Below are positions 10,716 through 20,310 of a stretch of DNA of 44,117 nucleotides, piece by piece. The stretch comes from an uncultured Gammaproteobacteria bacterium (GTDB lineage Bacteria; Pseudomonadota; Gammaproteobacteria; Pseudomonadales; UBA5518). The position numbers and the translations under genes were made by a program. Every line of letters starts with the position of its first letter. The first letter of the stretch is position 1. Below the pieces are notes generated by a model. The model saw only the letters and a program-made list of their open reading frames with translations, searched no databases and was not told where the DNA came from. The stretch lies in assembly GCA_903921135.1 (NCBI GenBank), contig CAIXOY010000310.1:1-44117 (forward strand), written 5' to 3'.

Positions 10716-11648
10716 TCAGCGCACCGCGCGGCGGGTGCCGATGTACTGCCTCGGATCGACGAGTTGGCCGTTGGCGAGGACCTCGAGGTGCAGGTGCGTG
10801 CCGCTCGCGCGGCCCGTGGCGCCGACCTTGGCGATCTTCTGCCCCTTCATCACGACCTCTCCGGGCTTCACCAGGATCTCGCTGTTGTGGGCGTAACGGC
10901 TGCGGTAGCCATCGCTGTGGCGGACCTCGATCAGCTTGCCGTAGTCCTTGTCCCAGCCTGCCCACGTGACCACACCGGAGGCCACTGCCATGACGGGGGT
11001 TCCCGGGCGCGCGGTGAAGTCGAGCCCTTTGTGGAAGGCCTGCCGTCCCGAGAAGGGATCGGTGCGGCGCCCGAAGACAGACGACACATAGCCGCTTGCC
11101 ACCGGCCAGCCGTCCACCGCCACGTCAAGCGCGAGTTCGCGATTGACCAGCAGGCGCTCCATTACCTGGAGTTGGGTCTCGCGGTTCTCGATCTGGGTGG
11201 CGAGGCGATCGAGCGCCAGGCTGAATTCCGTGGGAGCGCTCTCTCCGGCGCTCTCCGAGGTGTAGGGGCCGCCGAAGGCAGGCTCCTGGTCGAAATCGAA
11301 CTCTCCGCCATCGAGTTTGGCCGCCGAGGCAAGACGCTGCCCCACGGCTTCCATGCGCAGGAGACGGGCCTGCAGGGCCGCGAGGCGGGAGGCGTAGGCG
11401 CGGCCTTCGCGTGCGCTGCTTTCTTTGAGTTCGGAGGCCTTGGCATCCAGCGACTCGAGCTCCCCGCTCCAGGCGCTGACCAGGTCTGATGGCAGCTTGC
11501 CGGCCTGTGCGAGCGCGATCCGGTAACCGGCGATCGCGGCAAGCAGGAGGCAGCTCACAAGCACCACAGGCACAAGCCACAGCACGGCGCGTGGCAGTGC
11601 CACGCTCCGGGTGGTGTCTGGCTTGTCGCCGAGGACGATGATGCGCAT
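10716..11648 (-). CDS. M23/LytM-family metallopeptidase with N-terminal TM and coiled-coil region
   Basis: 310 aa. TM segment LWLVPVVLVSCLLLAAIAG. M23 motifs HKGLDF and GTHLHLEV. It occupies the same slot upstream of secA as the Pseudomonas M23 gene. Confidence 0.9.
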   Translation of the reverse strand: MRIIVLGDKPDTTRSVALPRAVLWLVPVVLVSCLLLAAIAGYRIALAQAGKLPSDLVSAWSGELESLDAKASELKESSAREGRAYASRLAALQARLLRMEAVGQRLASAAKLDGGEFDFDQEPAFGGPYTSESAGESAPTEFSLALDRLATQIENRETQLQVMERLLVNRELALDVAVDGWPVASGYVSSVFGRRTDPFSGRQAFHKGLDFTARPGTPVMAVASGVVTWAGWDKDYGKLIEVRHSDGYRSRYAHNSEILVKPGEVVMKGQKIAKVGATGRASGTHLHLEVLANGQLVDPRQYIGTRRAVR

Positions 11649-11813
11649 GTCGTGTTTTTTGCCGACAGGTTTCCGTTGGACGGATGGGCTAAAGCAAAGG
11701 ATGGGCCGGACTATGCCACAGGGCTTCCGTAAGTGCCAACCCGTATCGAAAGCTTGCAGGAGGCGGGGTCAGGATGCCTGATTGCCCCTCATCCCTTCCT
11801 GCCGAGCACGCCC

Positions 11814-12293
11814 ATGGGCACACACGAGCAACCCCGTCCGCCCTTGCCGCCGTTCGACGAAACAGGCGCCCTGCGCAAGGTACGCGCCGCCGAAGACGCC
11901 TGGAACCGCCGCGAGCCCGAGAGCGTGGCGCTGGCCTACAGCCCCGACAGCCGCTGGCGCAACCGCGCGGAGTTCCTGTCGGGACGGGAGGAGATCATCG
12001 GGTTCCTGCACCGCAAATGGGCGCGGGAGCAGGACTACCGCCTCATAAAGGAGCTGTGGGCATTCCGCGACAGCCGCATCGCGGTCCGCTTCGCCTACGA
12101 GTGGCATGACGCGGAGGGGAACTGGTTCCGCTCCTACGGCAACGAGAACTGGGAGTTCGATGCGCAGGGCTTCATGCGACTGCGGATCGCCAGCATCAAC
12201 GATCTCGGCATCATGGCCACGGAGCGGCTTTTCCACTGGCCGTCGGGGCCTCGCCCGGAGGGGCACCCGGGGCTTTCCGAACTGGGACTCTGA
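11814..12293 (+). CDS. DUF1348 (NTF2/SnoaL-like fold) protein
   Basis: The family-typical N-terminus [47 protein letters not shown] begins just after the internal ATG 11814 (MGTHEQP...). The track's longer 186-aa version starts at a GTG with non-conserved sequence. It is the only plus-strand gene in the first 30 kb. Confidence 0.8.
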   Translation: MGTHEQPRPPLPPFDETGALRKVRAAEDAWNRREPESVALAYSPDSRWRNRAEFLSGREEIIGFLHRKWAREQDYRLIKELWAFRDSRIAVRFAYEWHDAEGNWFRSYGNENWEFDAQGFMRLRIASINDLGIMATERLFHWPSGPRPEGHPGLSELGL

Positions 12294-12294
12294 G

Positions 12295-12339
12295 GCCGGG
12301 CCGGCCCGCGCGGGGCAAAACCCGCGAGGCCGGCCGGGA
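12295..12339. terminator. GC-rich imperfect inverted repeat between convergent DUF1348 and ftsZ (possible bidirectional terminator)
   Basis: ggccgggccggcccgcgcgggg-caaaa-cccgcgaggccggccggg. The core stem CGCGGG/CCCGCG is extendable with bulges. There is no clear U-tract, so function is uncertain. Confidence 0.3.
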
Positions 12340-12358
12340 CCGGATCCCGAGGCGCGGC

Positions 12359-13540
12359 TCAGTCGGCCTGCCGGCGCAGGAAGGCCGGAATGTCGAACTG
12401 CGAGTCCTCGTACATCGGCTCCGCGCCCACGGCCATCTGCGCGGCACGCGGCGGCACGGGGACATCACGGCGCGGCGCGGTCGTGGCGCGGCGGATCGCG
12501 GGTGAGTCGAAGTCCTTGTAGTTCGGCTGCGCGCTCGCAAGCGTGGCGTTGCGCACCAGCGTGGGTACGGCCGCTTCACGGCGCAACTCGCCGAGGCCGG
12601 TCGCCACCACGGTCACCTTGATCTCGTCGCCCATGTCCGGGTCGATCGCCGTGCCGATCACGACCGTTGCGTTGTCGGCCGCGAACTCGTGCACGGTGTC
12701 GCCCACTTCCGAGAACTCGCCGAGCGAGAGATCGGGGCCGGCGGTGATGTTGACCAGGATGCCGCGCGCGCCCTGCAGGTTGATGTCTTCGAGCAGCGGG
12801 CTGCGGATCGCGGCCTCGGCGGCCTCGCGGGCGCGGTTCTCGCCGCGAGCGCTGCCGGTGCCCATCATCGCCATCCCCATCTCCGACATCACGGTGCGCA
12901 CGTCGGCGAAGTCCACGTTGATGGTACCGGGACGGATGATGAGATCCGCGATGCCCTGCACCGCGCCGAGCAGCACGTCGTTGGCGGCCTTGAAGGCCTC
13001 GAGCAGGCTGGTGTTCTTGCCGAGCACGGCGAGCAGCTTCTCGTTGGGGATCGTGATCAGCGAGTCGACATGCTGCTGGAGTTCGCCGAGGCCGTCATCG
13101 GCTACCGCCGAGCGTTTCTTGCCCTCGAAGCGGAAGGGCCGGGTCACCACGGCAACGGTGAGGATGCCGAGCTCACGCGCGACCTCGGCCACCACGGGTG
13201 CGGCGCCCGTGCCGGTGCCACCGCCCATGCCGGCGGTGATGAACACCATGTCGGCACCCTTGAGCACCTCGGCGATGCGTGCCTTGTCCTCGAGCGCGGC
13301 CTGACGGCCGATCTCGGGATTGGCGCCGGCGCCGAGCCCCTTGGTGATGCCCGCACCGAGCTGCAGCACGGTGCGCGACGGGATGTCGGACAGTGCCTGT
13401 GCGTCGGTGTTGGCGCAGATGAAATCGACGCCGTCGACCCCGGCGTCGATCATGCGGCGCACGGCGTTGCCGCCGCCACCGCCCACTCCGACCACCTTGA
13501 TCACTGCGCTCTGCGGTACGTTGTCCACGAGTTCGAACAT
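12359..13540 (-). CDS. ftsZ: cell division GTPase FtsZ
   Basis: The track ORF (654 aa) reads through ftsA. The true start is MFELVDNVPQSAVIKVVGVGGGGGNAV (ATG 13540), 41 nt after the ftsA stop, giving 393 aa. The C-terminal peptide DIPAFLRRQAD is present. Confidence 0.97.
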   Translation of the reverse strand: MFELVDNVPQSAVIKVVGVGGGGGNAVRRMIDAGVDGVDFICANTDAQALSDIPSRTVLQLGAGITKGLGAGANPEIGRQAALEDKARIAEVLKGADMVFITAGMGGGTGTGAAPVVAEVARELGILTVAVVTRPFRFEGKKRSAVADDGLGELQQHVDSLITIPNEKLLAVLGKNTSLLEAFKAANDVLLGAVQGIADLIIRPGTINVDFADVRTVMSEMGMAMMGTGSARGENRAREAAEAAIRSPLLEDINLQGARGILVNITAGPDLSLGEFSEVGDTVHEFAADNATVVIGTAIDPDMGDEIKVTVVATGLGELRREAAVPTLVRNATLASAQPNYKDFDSPAIRRATTAPRRDVPVPPRAAQMAVGAEPMYEDSQFDIPAFLRRQAD

Positions 13541-13581
13541 GCTGGCTTCCCCTTTGGAGGTGTGATTGACGAAAACGAAAC

Positions 13582-14808
13582 TCAGAGATTTCCCTGCATC
13601 CACTGCTTCAACTTCCTGAGCAGCCCACGGCTGCTGCTGTCTCTCTCGATGCCGGCGCCCTGCTGCTTCTGTCCGAAGAGCAGCAGGCCAACGGCCGTCG
13701 CATAAATCGGGTTCCTGACGATGTCGAGCATCCCCTGCACGCCCGCCGGCACGCCGAGGCGCACGGGCATGTGGAAGATCTCCTCGGCGAGCTCGACGGC
13801 GCCTTCCATCCGCGAGGTGCCGCCTGTGAGCACGATCCCCGCGCCCAGCGATTCCTCGAAGCCGCTCCTGCGGATCTCGGCCTGCACCAGCGTGAAGAGC
13901 TCGTCGTAGCGCGGCTCCACGACCTCGGCGAGCGCCTGGCGCGAGAGCTCGCGCGAGCTCCTCTCGCCCACACCGGGCACGCGGATGGTCTGGTCCGCGC
14001 CGGCGAGCTGCGCGAGCGCGCAGGCGTACTTGATCTTGATTTCCTCGGCGTACTGCGTGGGCGTGCGCAGCGCCATGGCGATGTCGTTGGTGACCTGGTC
14101 GCCCGCGATGGGGATCACGCCCGTGTGGCGGATCGCGCCCTCGGTGAAGATGGCGATGTCGGTGGTGCCGCCGCCGATATCGACGATGCACACGCCGAGT
14201 TCCCGCTCGTCGTCGGTGAGTACGGAATAGCTCGAGGCGAGTTGCTCGAGGATGATGTCGTCCACGTCGAGGCCGCAGCGGCGGATGCACTTCTCGATGT
14301 TCTGCGCCGCGTTCACCGCGCACGTGACGAGATGCACTTTCGCCTCGAGGCGCACGCCCGACATCCCGAGCGGCTCCTTGATGCCCTCCTGGCTGTCGAT
14401 GACGTATTCCTGCGGCAGGATGTGCAGGATCTTCTGGTCGGCCGGAATGGCCACGGCGCGCGCCGCATCGATCACGCGCTCGAGATCATGCTGGAAGACC
14501 TCGCGGTCACGGATCGCGACGATGCCGTGGGAATTGAGGCTGCGGATGTGGCTGCCGGCAATGCCGGCGTAGACCGAGTGCACCTGGCAGCCCGCCATGC
14601 GCTCGGCCTCTTCCACCGCGCGCTGTATGGACTGGACCGTGGACTCGATGTCCACGACCATGCCTTTCTTCAGCCCGCGCGAAGGATGGGAGCCCAGCCC
14701 CACCACCTTCAATTCTCCGTCAGCACCGGCCTCGCCCACGATCGCCACCACCTTGGATGTGCCGATGTCGAGTCCGACGATGAGTTTTCCGCCAGTCATG
14801 CCTGCCAT
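13582..14808 (-). CDS. ftsA: cell division protein FtsA
   Basis: Start set at MAGMTGGKLIVGLDIGTSKV (ATG 14808), 4 nt after the ftsQ TAA, with GAGAGG 7 nt upstream. Actin-like phosphate-1 motif present. C-terminal amphipathic helix LLRKLKQWMQGNL. Confidence 0.95.
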   Translation of the reverse strand: MAGMTGGKLIVGLDIGTSKVVAIVGEAGADGELKVVGLGSHPSRGLKKGMVVDIESTVQSIQRAVEEAERMAGCQVHSVYAGIAGSHIRSLNSHGIVAIRDREVFQHDLERVIDAARAVAIPADQKILHILPQEYVIDSQEGIKEPLGMSGVRLEAKVHLVTCAVNAAQNIEKCIRRCGLDVDDIILEQLASSYSVLTDDERELGVCIVDIGGGTTDIAIFTEGAIRHTGVIPIAGDQVTNDIAMALRTPTQYAEEIKIKYACALAQLAGADQTIRVPGVGERSSRELSRQALAEVVEPRYDELFTLVQAEIRRSGFEESLGAGIVLTGGTSRMEGAVELAEEIFHMPVRLGVPAGVQGMLDIVRNPIYATAVGLLLFGQKQQGAGIERDSSSRGLLRKLKQWMQGNL

Positions 14809-14812
14809 TGCC

Positions 14813-15661
14813 TTACCTCTCTGCCGGGACGGCGGCGGGCGTTGCCTGCGCCGCAGGCGCGGGCGCGGCTGCGGGCGCTGCGCCACGCAAGGCCACGGCC
14901 ACGCCGTTGCTGTATCTCATGTCGATGCGTGCCATGCGCTCGCGCTCGGACGCCCACTCGGCCTGCAGGAGCCGCGAAAGCAGTCCCAGCTTGCGTTCCA
15001 CGCCGCGGCGCCCCAGCAGCACTTCGAGTCCGTTCGACAGCGTGATGCGCGCGGCATGCTTGCCATCGCGCACCAGCGCGGCGATGCGCAGGCCCGTGGG
15101 CTCGAGGATCTCGGTGAACCGGTCGAAGTCGGACAGCAGTTCCTTCTCGCTGCCGGGCGGCCCGTAGACCAGCGGCAAGGCAAGTCCGGGAAGCGGCGCA
15201 TCCGGGCGGAATACCTCGGCATAGGGGTTCAGGTACGCGTCCTCGCCGAAGCGCAGCACGGGGACCTGCTCCGTTATGTACACCAGCAAGCGGTCGGGCC
15301 AGGCGCGGCGCACGGTGACCTCGTGCACCAGCGGAAGCCGCTGGAGTTCGTTGCGGATCTGGGCAAGGTCGACCATGAAGTAGCCGGTGCCCAGATGCGG
15401 CAGCATGCTCTCCTCGATCCGGGAGCGGTCGATGAAACGGAAATCACCATTGACGCTGACATGACGGATCGGGACGTTCGCCACTTCGCGGAACGCCGTG
15501 AAACCCATCTCGCCCACGGCGGCCAGCAGCACGACGAACAGGCCCGGCACCAGCCAGCGCTGGCCCGGGAATCCGCGTGCAGCCGTCTCACCCGCGCGCG
15601 ATGCGCCACGGCGCGCACGCGCCGGGGCCGCAGGAGCACGCAGGTGAAGAGGGGCGTTCAC
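14813..15661 (-). CDS. ftsQ: cell division protein FtsQ
   Basis: GTG 15661 overlaps the ddl stop (GTGA), with GGGAGGA 6 nt upstream. Single TM WLVPGLFVVLLAAV, then the POTRA-like region IRHVSVNGDFRFIDRSRIEE. 282 aa versus the track's 345 aa. Confidence 0.88.
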   Translation of the reverse strand: MNAPLHLRAPAAPARARRGASRAGETAARGFPGQRWLVPGLFVVLLAAVGEMGFTAFREVANVPIRHVSVNGDFRFIDRSRIEESMLPHLGTGYFMVDLAQIRNELQRLPLVHEVTVRRAWPDRLLVYITEQVPVLRFGEDAYLNPYAEVFRPDAPLPGLALPLVYGPPGSEKELLSDFDRFTEILEPTGLRIAALVRDGKHAARITLSNGLEVLLGRRGVERKLGLLSRLLQAEWASERERMARIDMRYSNGVAVALRGAAPAAAPAPAAQATPAAVPAER

Positions 15662-16608
15662 GCCGCATCCTCCCGCAGGCTGGCATTGAGGATGCGCACC
15701 ACCAGGTTCTGGAAATCCATGCCCACCGCAGCTGCCGCCATCGGCACCAGGCTGTGGCTGGTCATACCCGGCGAGGTGTTCACCTCCAGCACGAAGAACT
15801 GTCCGGTGCCTGCGTCGCGCATCAGGTCCACACGGCCCCAGCCGCGGCAACCGAGACTCTCGAAGGCGCGCAAGGACAGCGCGCGGATTTCCTCTTCCGC
15901 CGCGGCGTCAAGCCCTGAGGGGCAGAGATAGCGCGTGGAATCGGCGCGGTATTTCGCTTCGTAGTCGTAGAAGGTGCGCGGGGTTTCCAGCCTTATCGAG
16001 GGCAGCACCTCGCCGTCTACGACCGCCACGGTGTACTCCGGGCCGATGATCCGCTGCTCCACCAGCACGCAGGCGTCGTATCGCGCTGCCAGATCGACCG
16101 CACGCACGAGCCCCCCGGCATCGTCGACCGGGGTGACACCGATGCTCGAGCCTTCGCTCGCTGGCTTCACGATCATGGCGGCACCGAGCCGTGCAGTCAG
16201 CGCATCCCACGACACGCTGCCGGGCACCGCGACATCGAACGCAGGCGTCGGAATCCCCTCCGCCTGCCAGAAGCGCTTGCAACGGAGCTTGTCCATTGCG
16301 AGGGCGCAGGCGAGCACGCCGCTGCCGGTGTGGCTGATGCCGAGCGTGGACAGCGCGCCCTGCAGGGTGCCGTCTTCGCCGATGCCGCCATGCAACGCGA
16401 TGAACGCATGGCGCACGCCCGCCGCGATCAGGCGTGGCAGCACGTCGGCCTGCGCATCGATGGCGAGAACGCCGGGCAGGCGCTGCACCAGTGCCGCATG
16501 CACGGCGCCGCCGCTGTCGAGCGAGACCTCGCGCTCGGCCGAGAGCCCGCCCAGCAGCACCGCCACCGGGCCGCGGATGCGCGCGGCGTCGAGTTCGTAC
16601 TGCCTCAT
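15658..16608 (-). CDS. ddl: D-alanine--D-alanine ligase
   Basis: 316 aa. N-terminal region [22 protein letters not shown]-grasp body. ATGA overlap with the murC stop. Confidence 0.95.
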   Translation of the reverse strand: MRQYELDAARIRGPVAVLLGGLSAEREVSLDSGGAVHAALVQRLPGVLAIDAQADVLPRLIAAGVRHAFIALHGGIGEDGTLQGALSTLGISHTGSGVLACALAMDKLRCKRFWQAEGIPTPAFDVAVPGSVSWDALTARLGAAMIVKPASEGSSIGVTPVDDAGGLVRAVDLAARYDACVLVEQRIIGPEYTVAVVDGEVLPSIRLETPRTFYDYEAKYRADSTRYLCPSGLDAAAEEEIRALSLRAFESLGCRGWGRVDLMRDAGTGQFFVLEVNTSPGMTSHSLVPMAAAAVGMDFQNLVVRILNASLREDAA

Positions 16609-18041
16609 TCACAACCTCCGTGGGCGCGGGACCAATCGAGCATCGCGCTCACCACGCGGCCGACGCTGCCGGCGCCCTGCACCAACAGGAAATCACCCGG
16701 ACGCAGCAGGCCGGGCAGCACCTCGGCCACGCCCGCCGGATCGGACACAAACACGGGATCAAGGCGTCCGCGCTGGCGGATGCTGCGGCAGAGGCTGCGG
16801 GAATCCGCGCCGGGAATGGGCTCCTCTCCCGCCGCATAAACTTCCAGCAGCACCAGCGCATCGACCTGCGAGAGCACGCGGGCGAAGTCCTCGTACAACT
16901 CCTGTGTGCGGGTGTAGCGGTGTGGCTGGTAAACCATCACCAGCCTGCGATCCGGCCAGCCACCGCGCACCGCGGCAAGGTTTGCCGCCACCTCGGTGGG
17001 GTGATGACCGTAGTCATCGACCATCAGAACCGTGCCACCGCCCGGCAGTGGCAATTCACCGTGTATCTCGAAACGTCGCCCCACGCCCTGGAAGGCCGCG
17101 ACGCCGCGGACGATGGCCTCGTCCGGGATGTCTTCATCCGTGGCCACGGCAACAGCGGCCGTGGCGTTCAGCGCGTAGTGCGCGCCGGGCAGAGCGAGGC
17201 AAAGATCGAGCGCGGCCTTGCCACCCGGGCGTTCTACGCGGAAGTGCGAGCGCGCACCGTCCTGACGGAAATCACGCAGACGGAAGTCAGCGTCGGGAGA
17301 ACGGCCGTAGGTGAGCACCTGTCGGGTCACCTGCGGAATGATCGAGGCCACCGCCGCGTCATCGACGCACAGCACACAGGGGCCGTAGAACGGCAGGTTG
17401 TGGAGGAATTCGAGGAAGGTGCGTTTCAGACGCTCGAAATCCCCGCCATAGGTACCCATGTGGTCGGCGTCGATGTTGGTGACCACCGCGACCATGGGCT
17501 GCAGGTGCAGGAAAGAGGCATCGCTCTCGTCTGCTTCGGCGATCAGATAACGGCTCACGCCGAGGCGGGCGTTGGCCTGCGCGCTGTTCAGGCGGCCGCC
17601 GATCACGAAGGTGGGGTCGAGGCCGGCTTCGGCGAAGATCGACGCGATGATGCTGGTGGTCGTGGTCTTCCCGTGCGTGCCTGCCACCGCGATGCCGTGG
17701 CGGTAACGCATGAGTTCGGCGAGCATCTCCGCGCGCGGCACAACCGGGATGCGGTGCGCGCGCGCGGCGGCGATTTCGACGTTGTCCTCGTGCACGGCGC
17801 TGGAACCGACCACCACGTCCGCGCCCTCGACCTGCGCAGCGGCATGCCCCACGTACACCTCGACGCCGGCATCACGCAGACGTGCAAGCGTAGGGGAGTT
17901 GCTGGCATCGGAACCCGACACGCGGTAGCCCTGGTTGCAGAGCACCTCGGCGATGCCGCACATGCCCGCACCGCCGATGCCGACGAAATGGATGCGCGCG
18001 ATACGGCGCATGCCTGGAACACCGGGAGCCCGCGGGTTCAT
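16605..18041 (-). CDS. murC: UDP-N-acetylmuramate--L-alanine ligase
   Basis: The track gives 617 aa. The real start is [34 protein letters not shown] (ATG 18041, ATGA overlap with the murG stop, GGAGA 7 nt upstream). P-loop [10 protein letters not shown]. Confidence 0.95.
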   Translation of the reverse strand: MNPRAPGVPGMRRIARIHFVGIGGAGMCGIAEVLCNQGYRVSGSDASNSPTLARLRDAGVEVYVGHAAAQVEGADVVVGSSAVHEDNVEIAAARAHRIPVVPRAEMLAELMRYRHGIAVAGTHGKTTTTSIIASIFAEAGLDPTFVIGGRLNSAQANARLGVSRYLIAEADESDASFLHLQPMVAVVTNIDADHMGTYGGDFERLKRTFLEFLHNLPFYGPCVLCVDDAAVASIIPQVTRQVLTYGRSPDADFRLRDFRQDGARSHFRVERPGGKAALDLCLALPGAHYALNATAAVAVATDEDIPDEAIVRGVAAFQGVGRRFEIHGELPLPGGGTVLMVDDYGHHPTEVAANLAAVRGGWPDRRLVMVYQPHRYTRTQELYEDFARVLSQVDALVLLEVYAAGEEPIPGADSRSLCRSIRQRGRLDPVFVSDPAGVAEVLPGLLRPGDFLLVQGAGSVGRVVSAMLDWSRAHGGCE

Positions 18042-19126
18042 CGCGCCATCTCCAGACAGGTACGCGCCACATCGTCGGCGGCAGAGGGGCGACCGAGCGC
18101 TCGCGCGCGCACCGCCATGTCGAGCAGAACCGCGGGGGTTTGAGCGAGCCGCTGCAGCGTGGCGGCAAGCCACCCGGGTGTGAATGCCGGTTGCTGGCAG
18201 CGCAGCGCTGCACCGGCCTCCTCCAGCCAGCGGGCGTTGGCGTTCTGGTGATCGTCGATCGCGCCGGGCAAAGGCACCAGGACCGACGCCAGCCCCGCTG
18301 CCGCCAGTTCGCTCACCGTGAGCGCGCCCGCGCGACAGACGACCAGGTCCGCCCACGCATAGGCCGCGCCCATATCGGCGATGAAACTCTCGACGCGGGC
18401 CTCCACACCCTGCGCGGCGTAGCGGTCTGCGCACTCGGCCTGCGCTGCAGCACCGCACTGATGGATCACATCGGGGCGGGTGTCCGTGCCGATCAGCCCG
18501 AGCGCCTCGGGGAGAACCTCGTTCAGCACGCGGGCACCCTGACTGCCGCCGAGCACGAGCAGACGCAGTCTGCGGCTCGTGCGTCCGGCAAAGCGCTCGG
18601 CAGGCGCAGGCAGCGCGGCAATCGCGGCACGCACCGGGTTGCCGACGAAGCGCGCAAGCGGATTTCCGGCGAAAGGCCCGGGCAGCCCGAGAAGGATCGC
18701 GCCTGCAACGCGGGCCAGCAGCCGGTTGGTGGTGCCTGCCACAGCGTTCTGCTCGTGCACCACCAGCGGCACGCCGAGCAGGCGTGCCGCAAGCCCGCCC
18801 GGGCCGGCGACGAAGCCGCCGGTTCCCAGCACGCAGGAGGGGCGAAGCCGCCGGATGACGGCTGCCGCTTGCAGGATGGCTGCCACGAGGAGCAAGGGCG
18901 CGAACAGTTTCTGCAGCACCTGCTTGCCGCGGACGCCGCGCACGCGCAGGTATGAGACGGGAATTCCTGCGGCGGGCACCAGCCGCGACTCCATGCCTGC
19001 GCGCGTGCCAAGCCAGTGGACCTCGGCACCGCCGGCACGCAGCGCTGCCGCAGCGGCGATGCCCGGGAACACATGGCCACCCGTGCCGCCACCGGTGATG
19101 AGAACAAGTCTGCGGGTATCAGGCAT
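18038..19126 (-). CDS. murG: undecaprenyl-PP-MurNAc-pentapeptide GlcNAc transferase
   Basis: 362 aa. Motif [16 protein letters not shown]. Overlaps the ftsW 3' end by 8 nt. Confidence 0.95.
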   Translation of the reverse strand: MPDTRRLVLITGGGTGGHVFPGIAAAAALRAGGAEVHWLGTRAGMESRLVPAAGIPVSYLRVRGVRGKQVLQKLFAPLLLVAAILQAAAVIRRLRPSCVLGTGGFVAGPGGLAARLLGVPLVVHEQNAVAGTTNRLLARVAGAILLGLPGPFAGNPLARFVGNPVRAAIAALPAPAERFAGRTSRRLRLLVLGGSQGARVLNEVLPEALGLIGTDTRPDVIHQCGAAAQAECADRYAAQGVEARVESFIADMGAAYAWADLVVCRAGALTVSELAAAGLASVLVPLPGAIDDHQNANARWLEEAGAALRCQQPAFTPGWLAATLQRLAQTPAVLLDMAVRARALGRPSAADDVARTCLEMAR

Positions 19127-20309
19127 TGCGCACCCTCCAGCCCTGCCAGGGGGCGGCGAGTGCGGTGGTGCCGCTACGCACCTCCGATTCGGCGCGCAAC
19201 ACCAGGCCCATCATCGCGAAAAGCATCACCAGGCTGCTGCCGCCGTAGCTGAGAAACGGCAGCGTGAGTCCCTTGGTGGGAAGCAGCCCGGCATTCACGC
19301 CGATGTTGATGAACACCTGCCCGGCCACCACCAGCGCGACACCAAGGCAGACCTGTGCAGCGAACACCTGCTGGCGCGCCGCTGCGGCACGCGCGATCCA
19401 GAGGATCCGCCCGACCAGCGCGCTGAACAGCGCGATGAACATCACGCAACCGATCAGCCCGAGTTCCTCGGCGATGATGGCGAACACGAAATCGGTGTGG
19501 GCCTCGGGCAGGTAGAACAGCTTCTGCACGCTGTTGCCAAGGCCCACGCCCATCACCTGCCCTCGCCCGAAAGCGATCAGCGCCTGTACCAGCTGATAGC
19601 CGCCACCGAACTGCTCCTGCCAAGGGTCGAGGTAGGTGACGAGGCGCGCCATGCGATAGGGCGAGAAGATCGCCAGTAACGCGCCGGCACCCACCGCGAG
19701 ACCCAGCAGGATCACGAAGGGAAACAGATGCGCGCCGGCGATGAAGAGCATCACCACCGCGGTGCCCGCAATCACGACGGTGGCACCGAAGTCGGGTTCG
19801 GACAGCAGCAGCACCGCGATCAGCAGCAACACGCCGGCGGGCACGATCAAGCCACCAAGCTTTTCGGCGATCTCCCGCGAATGGCGCTGTATGTGGCCTG
19901 CGAAGAAAATCACGAAACAGAATTTCATGACCTCCGAAGGCTGCAGATTCAGCGGCCCGATGCCCATCCAGCGGGTAGCGCCATTGCGGACACGTCCGAT
20001 TCCCGGGATCAGCACCAGCACCAGGAGCAGCAGACCTGCGACAAGGAGTGCCGGTCCTGCACGGTTCCACATGGCGAGCGGAACGCGTGTCATACACCAC
20101 ATCACCAGCAGCCCCAGTGCCACGTAGGCCGTGTGGAACGTCAGGAAATAGAAGGCATTGCCCTCTTTGGTTTCGGCCGCGAAATCCATCGACGCGGAGC
20201 CCATCATCACGATGCCCGCGGCAGTGAGCACGAGCACAAGCCCGAGCAGCACCTGGTCGTGCGCAAGCCAGGGCGAGGGGGTGAGCGCATCGCGACGCAT
20301 GGCCTGCAT
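19119..20309 (-). CDS. ftsW: SEDS peptidoglycan glycosyltransferase FtsW
   Basis: Start MQAMRRDALTPSPW (ATG 20309) lies 1 nt after the murD stop, with GGAGG 9 nt upstream. Polytopic membrane protein, 396 aa. The track's 449-aa extension overlaps murD. Confidence 0.93.
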   Translation of the reverse strand: MQAMRRDALTPSPWLAHDQVLLGLVLVLTAAGIVMMGSASMDFAAETKEGNAFYFLTFHTAYVALGLLVMWCMTRVPLAMWNRAGPALLVAGLLLLVLVLIPGIGRVRNGATRWMGIGPLNLQPSEVMKFCFVIFFAGHIQRHSREIAEKLGGLIVPAGVLLLIAVLLLSEPDFGATVVIAGTAVVMLFIAGAHLFPFVILLGLAVGAGALLAIFSPYRMARLVTYLDPWQEQFGGGYQLVQALIAFGRGQVMGVGLGNSVQKLFYLPEAHTDFVFAIIAEELGLIGCVMFIALFSALVGRILWIARAAAARQQVFAAQVCLGVALVVAGQVFINIGVNAGLLPTKGLTLPFLSYGGSSLVMLFAMMGLVLRAESEVRSGTTALAAPWQGWRVRNA

Positions 20310-20310
20310 T

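Noticed and set aside
11733-12293. DUF1348 gene considered as cargo of a small insertion, mobile element or toxin-antitoxin
   Set aside because: There are no flanking direct or inverted repeats, no integrase or transposase, no partner gene and no tRNA target. Composition looks like the surrounding DNA. It is treated only as a synteny break (see finding).
12359-14323. 654-aa ftsZ ORF, and similar long N-terminal extensions of ilvD (to 6468), murC (to 18458), ftsW (to 20468), mraY (to 22899), ftsI (to 27486) and hisC (to 42409)
   Set aside because: The extensions overlap the upstream gene in another frame and are Arg/Pro/Gly-rich junk. They are replaced by internal starts that match orthologue N-termini and show stop-start coupling.
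13771-18143. Plus-strand ORFs of 424, 444, 446 and 569 aa opposite ftsA, ftsQ, ddl and murC
   Set aside because: They are antisense to conserved dcw genes and have no recognisable domains. Their frames are open only because of GC-rich codon bias on the true coding strand.
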